A DNA stretch of 64,000 nt from the human T2T-CHM13v2.0 reference genome, Homo sapiens. Position numbers and translations under genes: made by a program. The stretch lies in assembly GCF_009914755.1 (NCBI RefSeq), contig NC_060937.1; one strand, written 5' to 3'. Below the pieces are notes generated by a model. The model was not told the DNA's origin. It saw only the letters and a program-made list of their open reading frames with translations, and made no database searches. This document shows, piece by piece, positions 14,550-27,835 of this stretch (position 1 is the stretch's first letter; each line of letters begins with the position of its first letter).

Positions 14550-15720
14550 GACATAAGAGGGTGAGATCTTGATTAAGAACATTGGATGCTTTTCTAAGGA
14601 GTCATCCTGGAAGCTATAGGGAACACTGAGTTCGAATTGGAGTTGGGTGGTCTAGGGGCATGGATCCCATTGAAGAGAGCTAGTTAAGAAATAATGAAGA
14701 CTGAACTAAGGCTGACACAAGGATATATTGCAGAGAGTGAATACAAGAGGCTAAAGTCATGGAAACAACATGATTTCTAAATGCAAAGGAATTACATGTT
14801 TATGGCTTGATTAACTGGATTGGTGGTAAATGCCATTCACAAATGTAGGCAGTTTAACAGGAGGCCCAACTTGTATTTTGAAATAATTTAGAACCTATCT
14901 AGGAGGAGATATTTGGTAAAAAATTTAGTAATTTCAAGAGTGGTATAGGTTGAATAATTTTGAGGGTCATCAGTGTATAGATTAGACCTCTCTAAACTTC
15001 AAGGAATGCAGGCTCTTAAATATACATTTTCTTAAAAGAGTAATCTTTAACTCATAATCTGTAACTCAAAAATGATAGTTGGTTGATTGAAGCTATGGTT
15101 TTAATAAAGTCATTGGGAGAAGGAGGAGGAACAGAGGCGTAAACACAGTGAAGAGACGATAGGCCTGAGGATGAAAAACACAACACACACTTAGTTTTGG
15201 GATCCAAGGGAAGAAAAGTAACACAGGAAGCGACTGAAAAGGAGTGGCTAGAGAGATACAAGGAAAACTAGAGTGGAGTGTTGTCACAGAAGCCAGGGGT
15301 GGGAGTGTTTCAAGAATGATGATGAGATCAACATTGTCAGCCACCACAGAAAGGTCTATAAAGATCAACCCAAAACTTCCAAGGAATTTGGTGACATGGA
15401 GGTGATTGTTGATACCAGAAAGAAGAATAATGGAAGTGAAAACCAGATGGCAGTGGGAGTAAGAAGTGGAAGGGGAAGAGGACTTAGAAAGGATGTCAAG
15501 TTTAAGGAAGAGCTTTTTTTTTTTTTTTTAAGTAAATGAGGCTGGAGCATATTTTATTCCAAGATTATAGAAGCATTGGAAAGGAAACTATTGATTGGAG
15601 AGAAAAGCCTGGAGGGATGATTGCTAGTGCATGGGTCTTGGGGATGTGGGAGGTGATCAGATGTAAATATTCAAGTAGTTTGTTGAGTTTTGGACAATAA
15701 TTCTCAATTCTTAATTTTCC
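14550..15720 (-). mobile_element. L2 LINE fragments
   Basis: Purine-rich antisense L2 text, e.g. gactgaaaaggagtggctagagagatacaaggaaaactagagtggagtgttgtcacagaagcc. Confidence 0.7.
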
Positions 15721-16174
15721 AGAGACAGGAAGGGAATCAGAATCATGGTGGCAGATAAAGATAAGCTCCTGCTTGCCACATAAGTACGTTGAGTCCTTGA
15801 TATTGGAAGCTACATTGAGTTAGAATATTTTGCACTCCACTTCTTATGGTGTTCGGTTATTTTTCCTCTAGCAGTATACCATAAGCTGAGCATGGGGATG
15901 GAGGAGACTAATGATTAGAATGATTCAGTGATAAGGTTTTGTAATGTAGGAATGACAGAAAAGCAAGGGGTAAGAAAGTTGTACATTATAGGGTGGAGCA
16001 AGAAAAAGATAAAGCCTCATTTGGTGAACAGAGTGTAGATTGGTATAAAAAAAACTGTAATTCCAAAATCAATTGCATTTCCATTGTCAATGAAAGAGCA
16101 CAAGTCCTGTAAGATAGAAGATGTAGTCAAAGACTAGAATTTAAAATTTAACATCATGGATAATTTAAGGCCTC

Positions 16175-16932
16175 ATTGTCCAATCTGGGAGAGTCACTGA
16201 AATGTAACTACTACAAATTGAGATATGCTATGATGTAAAATATACACCAGACTTTGGGCCCTTTGTATGACAAAAGGAATGTGAAATATTTTATTTATAA
16301 TAATTTATGTTGATAACATGCTAAATTATGATATTTTGGTGATGTTAGGCTGTATTAATTTGCTAGAGCTGCTGTGGCAAAGTGCCAAAAACTGGGCAGC
16401 TTAAACAATAGAAATTTATCATCTTTACTGTTTTTGAGGCTGGGAAGTCCAAGACCGATCTGCTTCATGCTTCTTATCTAGCTTCTTGCAGCTTGCTGGC
16501 AATGGCATTCCTCGGCTTGTAGAAGCATCACCTCAATTTCTGCCTTCACCATCACATGGCCTCCCCCCTGTGTACCTGTCTCTGTCCAAATTCCCCTTGT
16601 TTTTAAGGGCACCAGTCATAATGGATTAGGAGTCTCCATTACACTCATATGATCTCATCCTACTTAACTCATTTTGTTTTCAATGACCCTGTTTGCAAAA
16701 AGGTCACATTTTGAGCTATTGAGGCAAGCTCAAAAGTCACATTTTGAGCTTAACATATGAATTAAAATTCATATGTTAAGACTTCAACATATGAATTTTT
16801 GGGGATACACTTCAACCCATGACATAGGCTATATAGGATATATTGGTAAAATTAATTTTACCTGTTTATTTTTAATTGTGACTACTAGAAACTTTAAGAT
16901 TATGTATGTGGCTCACATTATATTTCTATAGT
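16175..16932 (-). mobile_element. MER33 (hAT-Charlie) split by an MLT1 LTR
   Basis: aattgagatatgctatgatgtaaaatatacaccagacttt and aaaattaattttacctgttt...gtggctcacattatatttcta match the two parts of MER33. Confidence 0.75.
16351..16824 (-). mobile_element. MLT1C-like MaLR solo LTR
   Basis: TG...CA ends with a perfect 5-bp TSD taggc at 16346-16350 and 16825-16829; gcttaaacaatagaaatttat and gacttcaacatatgaatttt. Confidence 0.88.
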
Positions 16933-16949
16933 ATGTGTGTCTTTTGAAC

Positions 16950-17145
16950 AATACCTAACACTAATTGAGCCTTGGGTATATGCAGGCATTTTTCTAAGAT
17001 CTTTATATATATGAAATTTTACAACAACCCTGTTCAGTTTACCTCTCATAGAGGGTAGACAGAGAATATCCAACGTCGCATAGACAGTAAGTAGCAGAGT
17101 TAGGATGCAAATGCAGGTGTTCTGACTCCTGAATCTGCACTCTGA
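16950..17145 (-). mobile_element. MIR SINE
   Basis: acaacaaccctg...gtaagtagcagagttaggatgcaaatgcaggtgttctgactcc. Confidence 0.65.
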
Positions 17146-18514
17146 CTGGCTCTAGAATAGTACAGCTTTATGAAGAAACTAGTATATTTTGTCAGTCATG
17201 GGAATTTGAAAAATATTATTTCATCATATTACTTGGCACCAGGTATTTCTCTACTTGTTAATCTCCTCTTTTCATTTTCAGTTTTCTGTGATCTCTGCCT
17301 CAGTTTCTCTTGGTAGCCTTTTATTTCTTGCATTCGCATCCTTTACTAATCAATATCTATATTTTTCCTGTTACCCTTTGTAACAGGAAGATGTCTTATG
17401 TGCTTTATTTACTTATATATGTTTGATGGCAGAGCAATATATTTTTGTTATCTTAACCTGTCTTTTGTTTTAAAACCTTCCTAGCTATTATTAAAAAGCA
17501 ACTCTTCTGTATTTGTGAAATTCTTTTAAAAAAATAACACCCAGTATACCTTTAAATACCATTTATTTTGTGACTGTGTACAGATACTCTGAAAAAGTCA
17601 TGGCAAAAAGCACTGGAATGAGTTTTGGCAAAAATTTAAAATGTGCTGTTTATTAGGGAATAATAACTTAAAGACTGTTACTCAACATGAGAAAGATATT
17701 TTAAACCAAATTCATTGGGCAATGGTGGATTTAAATGATTGAAGTTCAGTGGAATACCAGGTTTTGTGCTCATAAAGCTGTGTGTTTATATGTTGAAATA
17801 TGGCTGAATGGAAGAATTGAGAAACTTTGCTTTCATTTCCTGGCTTTACCACTTGTTGCATGACCTTGCCCTGGGATAGACAAAAGGAATCAAGACAAAT
17901 TGAGTGGGAGGCTACATCTAGAAGAAGCTCTTTCAACAGGTACTTCAGGGACTCAAATTTTCTCCTGTGAGTTTAGTTCAATATCCTGTTTTTTTCTAAC
18001 TGTTTTGTAGTGCCATCTTTGACCTCAGTATTTTTTATCTTGACTTTGAAACCTGTACTTGATTTCACCCTTACTGCCCCCGATTTTACCTTTGAATTTA
18101 ACTTCTCTGTTTCTCACTTGGGCTTAGTGATGTGGTCTTGACTTTCATCAAGCTTTTCTTGGTCATTGTTTTATACCCTAACTCCATAAACTTGACACTT
18201 AAATATAGCTAAACTTCAGTTAATCTCCTCAGTATAGATCAGGGGGAAGAACCAGACACTGCCCCTCTTCCTGACAGTAGGACCCTCAAGTCCCTTTGTT
18301 ACTAGCTACTTCATGAGAATTTATGACCTCATTACAATTTATTCTAAATGACTACAAATTTACGTAAGATAGTGTGAGGTCACTTTGAGAAAGGATTTCC
18401 TTATCCTACTACTACGTTATGTATTACTGAAATTTTTACATGAAAACTGAAGTCTAGTCAGTCATCCACATTTATTTGTATGTATCTGTGGGATGCCCAC
18501 TTTGTCCTCTATGC

Positions 18515-18688
18515 TGATGTTTCTCAAACTTTAGCATACAAAAAAATCACCTGGAGATCTGGTTGTAATGCAGACTTCTGGGTCAGAGACTCTGATTCAG
18601 CATATCTGGGGGATCCACAAATTTGCACTTCTGACAAGTCCTCTGGTAACATTAATGGTGTTCTTCTGACACACTTTGGATAGCACTG
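18515..18688. mobile_element. MER5A-type DNA transposon
   Basis: tttctcaaactttagcat...aatcacctggagatct...ctgattcag...atttgcacttctgacaag...cacactttggatagcactg. Confidence 0.75.
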
Positions 18689-19826
18689 ATGCAGACCAAG
18701 ATTCCAGGTGATCATTGGCCCAAATGACTGGGTAACATGTTGGTAGCAGGTAACACACAGGTCAACCTCATTCATTTCCTAAGGAAAAATAAAAATAAAG
18801 CAAGAATATTGTAGTTCTTTGGTTTCCAAATGCTGTATTAAACATACGTATATGAAAGAGGAGTGGCTAAACTCAGCAGTGGCTCTCATAAAAATGGTTT
18901 TCAAATCTGTAGCCCAGAAACCTTATATTAGGAAAAAAGATGGTTCAGGTTATTTGAAGCAAAGTACCCTAAAAATTGATCTTTCCCTAAAATATGCAAC
19001 CTGTTATCTTTAACAAATATTCATTTTAAAGCCATTTTAAGGATTCCTGATTTGGAAAAGGAACCCTTCTTATGGTTGGATGAAAATATATATTTTTTTA
19101 ACATTTAAGGAAATGTGTTTTTACTGTTTGTTGTTATATGTAAAATTTACAATGAAATAAATTTTGTGTTATGGTTATCAGTATAATTTATACATCAGAA
19201 AATTAAATATGATTATACTATATATATAGTTATCTACATTTAGATACCTATCCAAAATTGTTATGATTTTAAATAATTAAGAATATAAATTATATTTTTT
19301 AAATGACAAAATGAAATAAAGAACTGCAAATTCTTGATCTAACATAATGGTTTAATGGCTTTATTTTCTTCAGTCAATAAAATATTTAATGAGCACATAC
19401 TGTTAGCCCAGCAAGCAGGTAGGTAATCTGATACATAAAAGACATAGAAAGGTTGATTCTACCTTAAATATATGCTTCTGGTATAGCATATAAAAAGTCC
19501 CAAATCTACTCTACAAGACAACATGATCTAGGTGTTTGGGAAAGGATATAAATGTGATCAGAAACAAGACTTCAAAGAGGTATAGAATTCATGAGAATGT
19601 GTGCATGTGTCTGTCACAGAGCATGGGTGGATGTATGTAAAAGTGGAGAAGAATTAGGAAGCTTCTGTAATTCAAGTTATCAGTCATCATCAGACACTTT
19701 GAAAATATTAACTTTATTTTAATCTTTTATAACATCCATAAAATCATTATTATCCATTAAAAATAAGATATTAAAACAAGGTAATGAAATAAAATATTTA
19801 TAAGAGAAACAACTTGCTAAGGATAA

Positions 19827-19834
19827 TATATATA

Positions 19835-19876
<42 letters not shown>
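19827..19876. repeat. (TA)n(TG)~19 microsatellite
   Basis: Direct reading. Confidence 0.97.
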
Positions 19877-19879
<3 letters not shown>

Positions 19880-20186
19880 TACATACCTATGGCATTCATT
19901 CATGTAATATTTAAGGGCTTACCCTGTTTTTTTTGTGCAGGGTATACATGTGGCAAACATTAATAAATATAATGTGCACCTCTGTATAAATCAGCCATGA
20001 AAGATGCTGATTGCTTCATGGAAAAAGTGCATGGTGAAGTTCTATAGGTTAGCACTGTCATCGACAGCAGGTTTCACATTCCACGCTTGACCCTGTTATT
20101 AAACCGATGTTTCTTGTCGTTATTTAAAACAAAAAGTTATCTCTGAATGTTTTATTTAATAGAACCTTTTAGATTTACATTCTATG

Positions 20187-20644
20187 TGTAGTAGTGATGG
20201 CAATGGCCTTGCAGACCTCCAACTCCAGCAAGCTGACCTGACTGAGGGCCCAGGCCCAGAGCTCTGACATCATTTCTGCATTCCTCCTGAGGCCACACCT
20301 TTCCGTGCTGCCCCCTGTCGGGCATCTGTGATGTGGCAGGGATGCTAAGTCTGGCCTGTTCCTAGGAAAAACGGGACTTCCATGACTACTGACTTTGGCT
20401 CCAGGCTGCCCTTACAGTTTTGCTGAATCTTCTTTAGACTACACAGCAGACTAGAACCTTTCCTCTAACCCTCCCTTCCTCTCTCCTGCAGCCTGGGTCA
20501 TGCCTGTAGCATGGTCTGAAAGCTCTGCCAGCATTTCCTGGCTCCCTCTCAATTTTCTTTCATTGGCACATCCCCTAATAACATTCTTGCAAATTAGTCA
20601 TTCCCATCTTGGCATCTGTTTCCTAGAGGACTCTTTCTAACACA
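20187..20644 (+). mobile_element. LTR16A-like ERVL solo LTR
   Basis: TG...CA ends; gactttggctc, catggtctgaaagctct and catcttggcatctgtttcctagaggac...taacaca fit the LTR16A 3' half. Confidence 0.7.
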
Positions 20645-21504
20645 CTGTATAAGGGACTATACAACTATCCTCTAAAGAAACATATACACTTAAGTAAATT
20701 TGAGGCCAATAATGAGAGCCTGTAATCCTGTTCTCTGATTGCAGAGTCAGTCATGAAATTTGAAAGGTAATTGCTGCTGCTGCTAAAGGAGCCTCCTCTG
20801 TGTTGCTTTCTTTAAATTGTTACTCACTCAGTGGTGATCCCTTTTTCTTAGAACTTCTTAATAAGATTATATACTAGTGTTGTATGCTAGTATGAAAAAT
20901 ACTTTAGCATACACAGTGCTATCCTGATTCCAGGATGCTTCCCTTTAGCCTTTTCATTCATTTATCAAACATTTATTACAAATTGATTTTATGTCAGGCA
21001 TGATCCTAGACACTGGAGCACATGTGCAATGTGTTGGGCATAAAGATTTATTGGAAGAGTGGCACTGTTTATCTTTCCATGAAAAGCAAAATGATACTGT
21101 TTTTAATTGTATTAAGACAGGTTTTTTTTTTCCTGGAGTGGAGAAGTGAATTAAGTGCCATTTAAAAACTAAAGTAAAATATGAGATTGTCACTCTTACA
21201 TCTTAAACAACAGAAAATTCAGCTGTATTTTTTGATATATATAAATTGATTCTTCTTGAAACAATGATCCATAAGGCCTTTTAAGTTTCAGATTACTTTT
21301 ATTATTTTATTTTATAACATATTTATTGTAAAAAGTAGAAAGTATAGGCTCACAGAAACAAAAAAATTAGTAAATTTTCTATAACTCTGGCATCCAGAAA
21401 TAGTTACTGTTAACTTTTTACTGTATAGTCTTACAGATTTTTTTGCCATAAAACATACATACACATGCATGCACACACACACGTACACTCAGATATATTA
21501 CCAC

Positions 21505-21600
21505 CATTGATTTTCTCATAAATTTATTGAGCATCTTTCCTGTGCCAGGCATTGTGTGTGAGGACTGTGGAGACAGAGCAAAAGGAAAACATCCTTCCCA
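21505..21600 (-). mobile_element. L2 3' end (a similar fragment lies at about 20953-21030)
   Basis: aaatttattgagcatctttcctgtgccaggcattgtg. Confidence 0.6.
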
Positions 21601-21632
21601 CTATGAGAATCAGTACAACTTGAGAATCAGTA

Positions 21633-22245
21633 CAGTGCGGTATCAAGAGTGTGGACTCTGAATATGGGATGGCTGTGTCCCCACCCAAATCTCATCTTGA
21701 ATTGTAGTTCCCATAATCCCCATGTGTCATGGGAGGGACCCAGTGGGAGGTAATCAAATAATGGGAGCGGTTACCCCCATGCCGCTGTTCTCATGGTAGT
21801 GAGTGAGTTCTCATGAGATTTGATGGTTTCATAAGGGGCTTTTCACCCTTTGCTTGGCACTTATCCTTCCTGCCACCGTGTGAAGAAGGACCTGTTTGCT
21901 TTCCCTTCTTCCATGGTTTTAAGTTTCCTGAGACCTCCCCAGCGCTGTGGAACTGTGAATCAACTAAACCCCTTTGCTTTATAAATTATCCAGTCTCAGG
22001 CAGTTCCTTATAGCAGTGTGAGAATGGACTAATACAACTCTTGAGTGAGGCCATTGGGTGACATCTTTCTCTGTTCTGTACCATCCTCTACATTGGATAT
22101 ACCACATTACACAGCTGGGACTGGTTTCACATCTTTAAAATGGAGTAATAACAATAACTACTACACACGTTTCTTGTGAATATACAAGCTCTTATTCAGC
22201 ACAGTGTCCAGGCTATAGAAAGTGCTGAGCCATTGTTATTACTAC
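21633..22245 (+). mobile_element. MIR split by THE1
   Basis: aagagtgtggactct on the left; catctttaaaatggagtaataac...gcacagtgtccaggc on the right. Confidence 0.55.
21659..22036 (+). mobile_element. THE1C/D MaLR solo LTR
   Basis: ggctgtgtccccacccaaatctcatcttgaattgtagttcccataatcccc...gagaatggactaataca; candidate TSD actct. Confidence 0.93.
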
Positions 22246-22679
22246 ACTACTAGTTGCCTCTTTCTGATATTACTTAGAGATCACTAACTGCCATGAAATT
22301 AATCAATTCTCAGTGCTATTCATTCTGGATTATGCTGAAAACTGCCCTTGTGACTGAAAACAGGACTTATATTTGCAATCCCAGTGTGTTGTTCCGTCCA
22401 CAGCATGTTACGATGCAGAGAATGTCTATATTGATCAGCAGTCCCAGGGGCCTTTTGTTTACCTGAGTTATAGCATCTCTGTAGCATGACTGGATAAATC
22501 TTTTATGTGGCTGCCCTTCACCCCAGTGCCCTTCTCAAATGCATTTTAGTATACTCCACATGGCTTGTATTCTTCTGATCATCTCAAACATATCACCTAC
22601 ATTCCCAGGCAGTCAAAAGTCACCAGAAACTTAATTTATTGCTACTGATTACTATGTTCAAATTTATAAAATACATAGA

Positions 22680-23175
22680 TTTTTTTAAAAATTTATTTTG
22701 AAATAATTGTAGACTCACAGGAAATTGTAGAAAATGGCACATAGAGTCCCATTATCCCTCTACACAACTTCCTTCAGTTGGTGACATTTCACACACTGTA
22801 GTGCAATACAAAACTGGAACATGGACAAGGGGACATACTCTGAACTGGACTGCAAATCTTATTCAGTATTTAACAATTTTCATGTGTACTTGTGTGTATG
22901 TATATGAAGTATGTATGTTATATAAACATACAATTTCATTGTATGTTTCAGTTTGTGTGATCATTACCAGAATGAAGATATAGTACTAATATATTACCTA
23001 AAAGGGACAGTGTCATCCTACCCTTCATCAATATACCCATCTCTCACTTGTGTCCATGTCTCCAACTACCAATCTGTTATTCATCTTTATAGTTTTGTCA
23101 TTTCAAGAAGGTATACAAATAGAATCTTGTAGTATGTAACCTTATAGTATGTAAACTTGTAGTATATATTTTTTT
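22680..23175 (-). mobile_element. Old L1 3'UTR (L1MB8/L1MC-like)
   Basis: tattttgaaataattgtagactcacaggaaattg... is an antisense L1M 3' end. Confidence 0.7.
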
Positions 23176-23513
23176 CACAAAATATACTTCTTCATTCTGC
23201 CTTTATTTTATCTTTACTGTATACCAAGATCATCTTTGTTTAACTAGCTTTCTCATCTGTTTTCAATTGTTCTTTTATGTAGAAAAACAAAACAAAATGA
23301 AAACAAAACAAGATGAGTAAACTTTGAAGAAAAGTAAAATTTCCTGGAGAATATAAAATATACTTGAAGAAACTTAGTTTTCAACCTTTACTTAATTAAC
23401 ATCAATAAAACAATTTTAACCTGTCCCAGTTATCACTGACTACTCATATTAAGCTCCAGGGAAAGCAATTAGAAAAAGAACTGTGAACATCTGTGAAACA
23501 AAATTCCCATAAG

Positions 23514-23534
23514 TTTTTTTTTTTTTTTTTTTTT
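23514..23534. repeat. Poly(T)21
   Basis: Direct reading. Confidence 0.95.
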
Positions 23535-24200
23535 AGCACAGAAGGCTAAAAACCATTTGTTCTCAACTGGGGGAAAAATCTTTTCTTAATTTTAATGAAA
23601 TTATAAAATTTCATGGTGAAATTGAAAAGAGCTTTCACTTAAGTTGGTGCCTTCTATCCAGCAATTTTAAGCAAGACTTTCTCTTCAAAGTCATTATTAA
23701 TATTGAGTATATTTCTAACATTGCTGAATATTCAGTAAGTCATTGATATAAATTCAAGTAATTCAAATGTCAGGCTGGGTTCTCAGTAGTGATTTATATT
23801 TGGCAAGAGTTTTATGAGAGTGCATTATTAGTTTGCTGACTGCCTTAATATATAAAGGTTATAAAAAGAGTTTCATCCAACAGTTATGAATTTCACCATA
23901 CCACTAGGTAAATGTAAGTACCCCAAAAATGCATGTGGCTTTAAAACTTCTGTAGAAATGGTCAAAGAGCAATTCATCTCAAATTACAGACACATTTTTT
24001 TTTCTCATTAAAGGCACATGAGGTCTACTCACATTCTGAATAAAAACATATCTGATAAATATTTTGATAGTATTGTAGTTTTGAGATTCACATTAGTTTA
24101 TTAATATTACCCTTTCCTAGTCTATCTCAGATATTTCTATTGATGACTCATGTTTAACTCTATGTGCACTTTGGTCACTTTGACTTATGAAAACATTTAT

Positions 24201-24521
<321 letters not shown>

Positions 24522-24829
24522 TTAATTAAGGAAAATGTGCTGTGTTAATTAAGGAATTCTAAACATGTGTTTTCAAATGGCACACTCTCCTGATGACTGA
24601 TAACAAATTATCTTCTCAGGAGACTAAGTCATGGAGAAGTAGGTTGCTTGTTGGACAATGAATTAAAGAGATTTGGATTTTTCTTAAGAAACTGGTTAAG
24701 GGAACTAGAAAGATACAGATTCCTTGCTCCTACTCTGGAGTTCTGAGTTAGGAGGTCTGGCCTCTAGAATATATTAATAGGCAGATCCAGGCTATTCCTA
24801 TGCAATTCAGCAGAGAAACACTGCTTCAA

Positions 24830-25532
24830 ATATTGTCTCTCCTTATCTGCAAATAGGTTCCAAGACTCCTAGTGGATGCCTGAAACCTCTGATAGTCCTG
24901 ATCTCAATTGTCATCAATAAGAGCATGTTTCCATTTATGTTTTCCACCTACAAATCTAATGTCTTTTCCATCTTAAATAAGCGTTCACCATGCTCTGTGG
25001 CTATACCTTTTGTAAACTGAGGTGCACAAGCAAAACTGGCACTTTTTTTTCTTATTTACAATTTCATGAATGGAAGATTCATTCTCACTGTAGATCTTAG
25101 CAACCTCAGAATATGATTTTTATTTTTTTCTTATTAAGTGGGGAACTTTTACCTTTCAATTAAAGGAAGTACTTTATGGCTTCTCTTGGCATATTTAATC
25201 GCCAGCATTACTACTCTTTCACTTTGGAGCTATTATTATGTAAAATCAGGGTGACTTGAACACAACAAGCACTGTGATACCAGGACAGTGGATCTGATTA
25301 CCCAGAGGGCTAAGCAACTAAACGCAGGTAGGATATACAGCACAAAGGGATGATTCATGCCTTGGGAGGGATGGAGTGAGATGCTGGGAGATTTCATCAC
25401 ACTACTCAGAATGCCAAGCAATTTAAAGCCTATATATTGTTTATTCTGGAATTTTCCATTTAATTTAGATTCCAGTTGACCGTGGTAACTGAAACCACAG
25501 AACTTGAAACTGCATGTAAGGAGGACCTACTA
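24830..25532 (+). mobile_element. MER44 (Tigger7-derived; MER44C-like length)
   Basis: ccttatctgc...ttccaagactcctagtggatgcctgaaacc at the left end; gtaactgaaacc...taaggaggacctact at the right end. Confidence 0.85.
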
Positions 25533-25599
25533 TAGTTTGGTCAACTTAAAGGGAATTTCTACAGAGTATTGCTCATATTGATAACCTACAGGTCGTCAC

Positions 25600-26086
25600 A
25601 GTTGATCGTTTACTTTAGGAATAAGCAGGCTTCCTAATTAATCCACCTTGGGGAGATCTTTTGACACAATGGTGGCATTCTGTCTCTGGCTAAAGAATAT
25701 TATCTCAAATTCCTCAAATTGTTGACGTGCTGATCAACGTATAACCTGCTGACACTCAATAGGACACTGATTTATTTAAGAATATCTGAAGCATGAATTT
25801 CTACTCGTTGTCTTGCATGTAGACATTTTTCAGTTTGTCTGATGTCATCTGTAGCTAAGGACTGTAACTTCTGTATTGTATTCTCTAACAAAAAGATGAC
25901 AACTCCAGTAATGAGGACTGCCTCTTCCACTTTTCAAACGTTCCTGTAAAAACCTTTCACCTTGTGACAGACTCCAAAACACCCCCAACTTTGTTGGTGT
26001 GTCTTTCCAGGTTGATCCTCACATTTGGCTTTTAATAAACCCTTATAAGATTATCTCCGCCCCCACAGCCTTAATTTCCATCAACA
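25600..26086 (+). mobile_element. ERV1-class solo LTR (MER67-like); 5' boundary uncertain
   Basis: cccaactttgttggtgtgtc...gatcctcacatttggcttttaataaac...cagccttaatttccatcaaca: AATAAA followed by a CA terminus. Confidence 0.6.
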
Positions 26087-26377
26087 AACAATTGAACTCA
26101 TGAACATAGAGAGTAGCAGGATGGTTACCAGAGCCTGGGAAGGGTAGTAGGGGTGTAGAGGGGAGATGAGGATGGTTAATGGGTACAAAAAATAGAAAGA
26201 ATGAATAAGACCTGCTATATGATAGCAAAACAGGGTGCCTATGGTCAATAATAACTTAATGGTACATTTTAAAATAACTTAGAATGTAATTGGATTGTTT
26301 GTAACTCAAAAGATAAATGCTTGAGGGAATGGACACCCCATTCTCCATGAACAAAACAAAACAAAAACAAAAAAACA
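26087..26377 (+). mobile_element. L1MA (about L1MA2) 3'UTR fragment with A-rich tail
   Basis: aattgaactcatgaacatagagagtag...ggatggttaatgggtacaaaaaatagaaagaatgaataagacc...ccccattctccatga. Confidence 0.85.
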
Positions 26378-26546
26378 TAATCAATCAAAGAATCCTTTTC
26401 CAGAACAATGTTGAGAACACTTTTCTTCTCCCTAGCTTCCCCCTCTTTCTCCCTTCCTCTTTGTCTAGTAGTTCCATCAGTTTCTAAGTTAAAACATCAT
26501 AGGCAAGTTATGATTAATTAAATCACATCTTATATTAGACTTAGAA

Positions 26547-26788
26547 TTTTTAACAGCTTTCAGGCATAATTAACATACAATTAACTGCACATAATTTGAA
26601 TGTACAGTTTGATACATTTTGACCTATGTATAAGCAAGTAAAATCATCATCAATACCAAGATAGTGAACATATCCATTCAAAAAAAAATCTAAACCTAAC
26701 AATTTTCTCGTGTCCCTTTGTCATTCTTCTCTCCTACCCATCTTCACATCCCTGCCCCCCATCTTCAGGTAACCATTGTTCTACTTCA
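26547..26788 (-). mobile_element. Old L1 (L1MB-like) 3' end
   Basis: aacagctttcaggcataattaacatacaattaactgcac...gtacagtttgat. Confidence 0.7.
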
Positions 26789-26999
26789 TATGTTAAATGC
26801 ATCTCTAATGTGACTTAAGAAGGCATTACCAGCTACTGAGATTTTAGAGGCACCCATAGATTTCAGTTGGATATTTACCAGGGCAGTTTCACTTCCTAAC
26901 ATGAATATTGTTGGATTCCTGGTTCCATATCGGTGAATTCCTGGTTCCACACAGTGAGAATTAATATAAACTTTCTGTAGGGCAACACATGTTCCATGA

Positions 27000-27440
27000 T
27001 GTTTAAAATTGCACATAGATCCAGAAATTCTACTTTGAAGAACACAGGCATGTGCTTAAATATACTTGTATGAAGACACTCATTACATTGACCACTGTAT
27101 AATTTTTTTAAAAATGGAAAATTCACAAATATGCTTAAATAATGGATTCGGTAAGTAAATAGTTAGATACTTGCATAGTGGAATAATGATGAAATTATTT
27201 TGTGGATTATTGTTTACTATTGTAGAAAGATATTTATATCACTCATGAAACTCAGTCACTGAACACAGTATATTTATATAATATGAAATATTAAAACACA
27301 TACATATATACATGCATACACGATGTCAGGAAGGATATACTTTATACACTGTCTCTGGTTAGTTGAATTGTGAGTATTTTAATATTTGACTTCATTTTTT
27401 AATAGTTTCTAATGTTTCTACGGTAACAATGTTTTGGAAA
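27000..27440 (+). mobile_element. Very old L1 (L1ME-like) fragment
   Basis: gatccagaaattctacttt...aaatggaaaattcacaaatatg; weak similarity. Confidence 0.45.
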
Positions 27441-27649
27441 CAAAATACTATTGCAAATTGTATTTACTGCAGTGCATTTAGCACAATGCCTGGCTCTTCA
27501 CATTTACAGGGTAATTTCTTCTTTCTTTATTGCTTGGGTGTTTTTACCCTATTATTAAGGCTTAAGCCCAGGTGGGGCTTGGCCCATTTTTGCCATTGTT
27601 TCACCTCAGATAAACTCATACAGAGATAATCAACTATTTCCTTTATTAT

Positions 27650-27835
27650 ATTATCAAAGCATTGCTTATTGTTCTATAATTGTATCTGTAACACAGTATT
27701 GCAATAATTTTCTTATGTATTTTTCTCCTACTTTGGGACTGAAATCCAGTTAATGGAATCAATGTCTCTGATTTTTGCTTGCTTCAGAGTACTTAATAAA
27801 TATTTATTGAGAGACCAGCAGATTAAATGAATGGT
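27650..27835 (+). mobile_element. L2 3' end
   Basis: agtacttaataaatatttattga...aatgaatg. Confidence 0.5.

Noticed and set aside
21604-21634. Short tandem duplication tgagaatcagtaca (similar small duplication at about 7306-7326)
   Set aside because: Ordinary slippage-type microduplications.
21745-21765. DUX4 site in the THE1 LTR
   Set aside because: The THE1 motif TAATTGAATCA reads TAATCAAATAA here, so it appears degraded.
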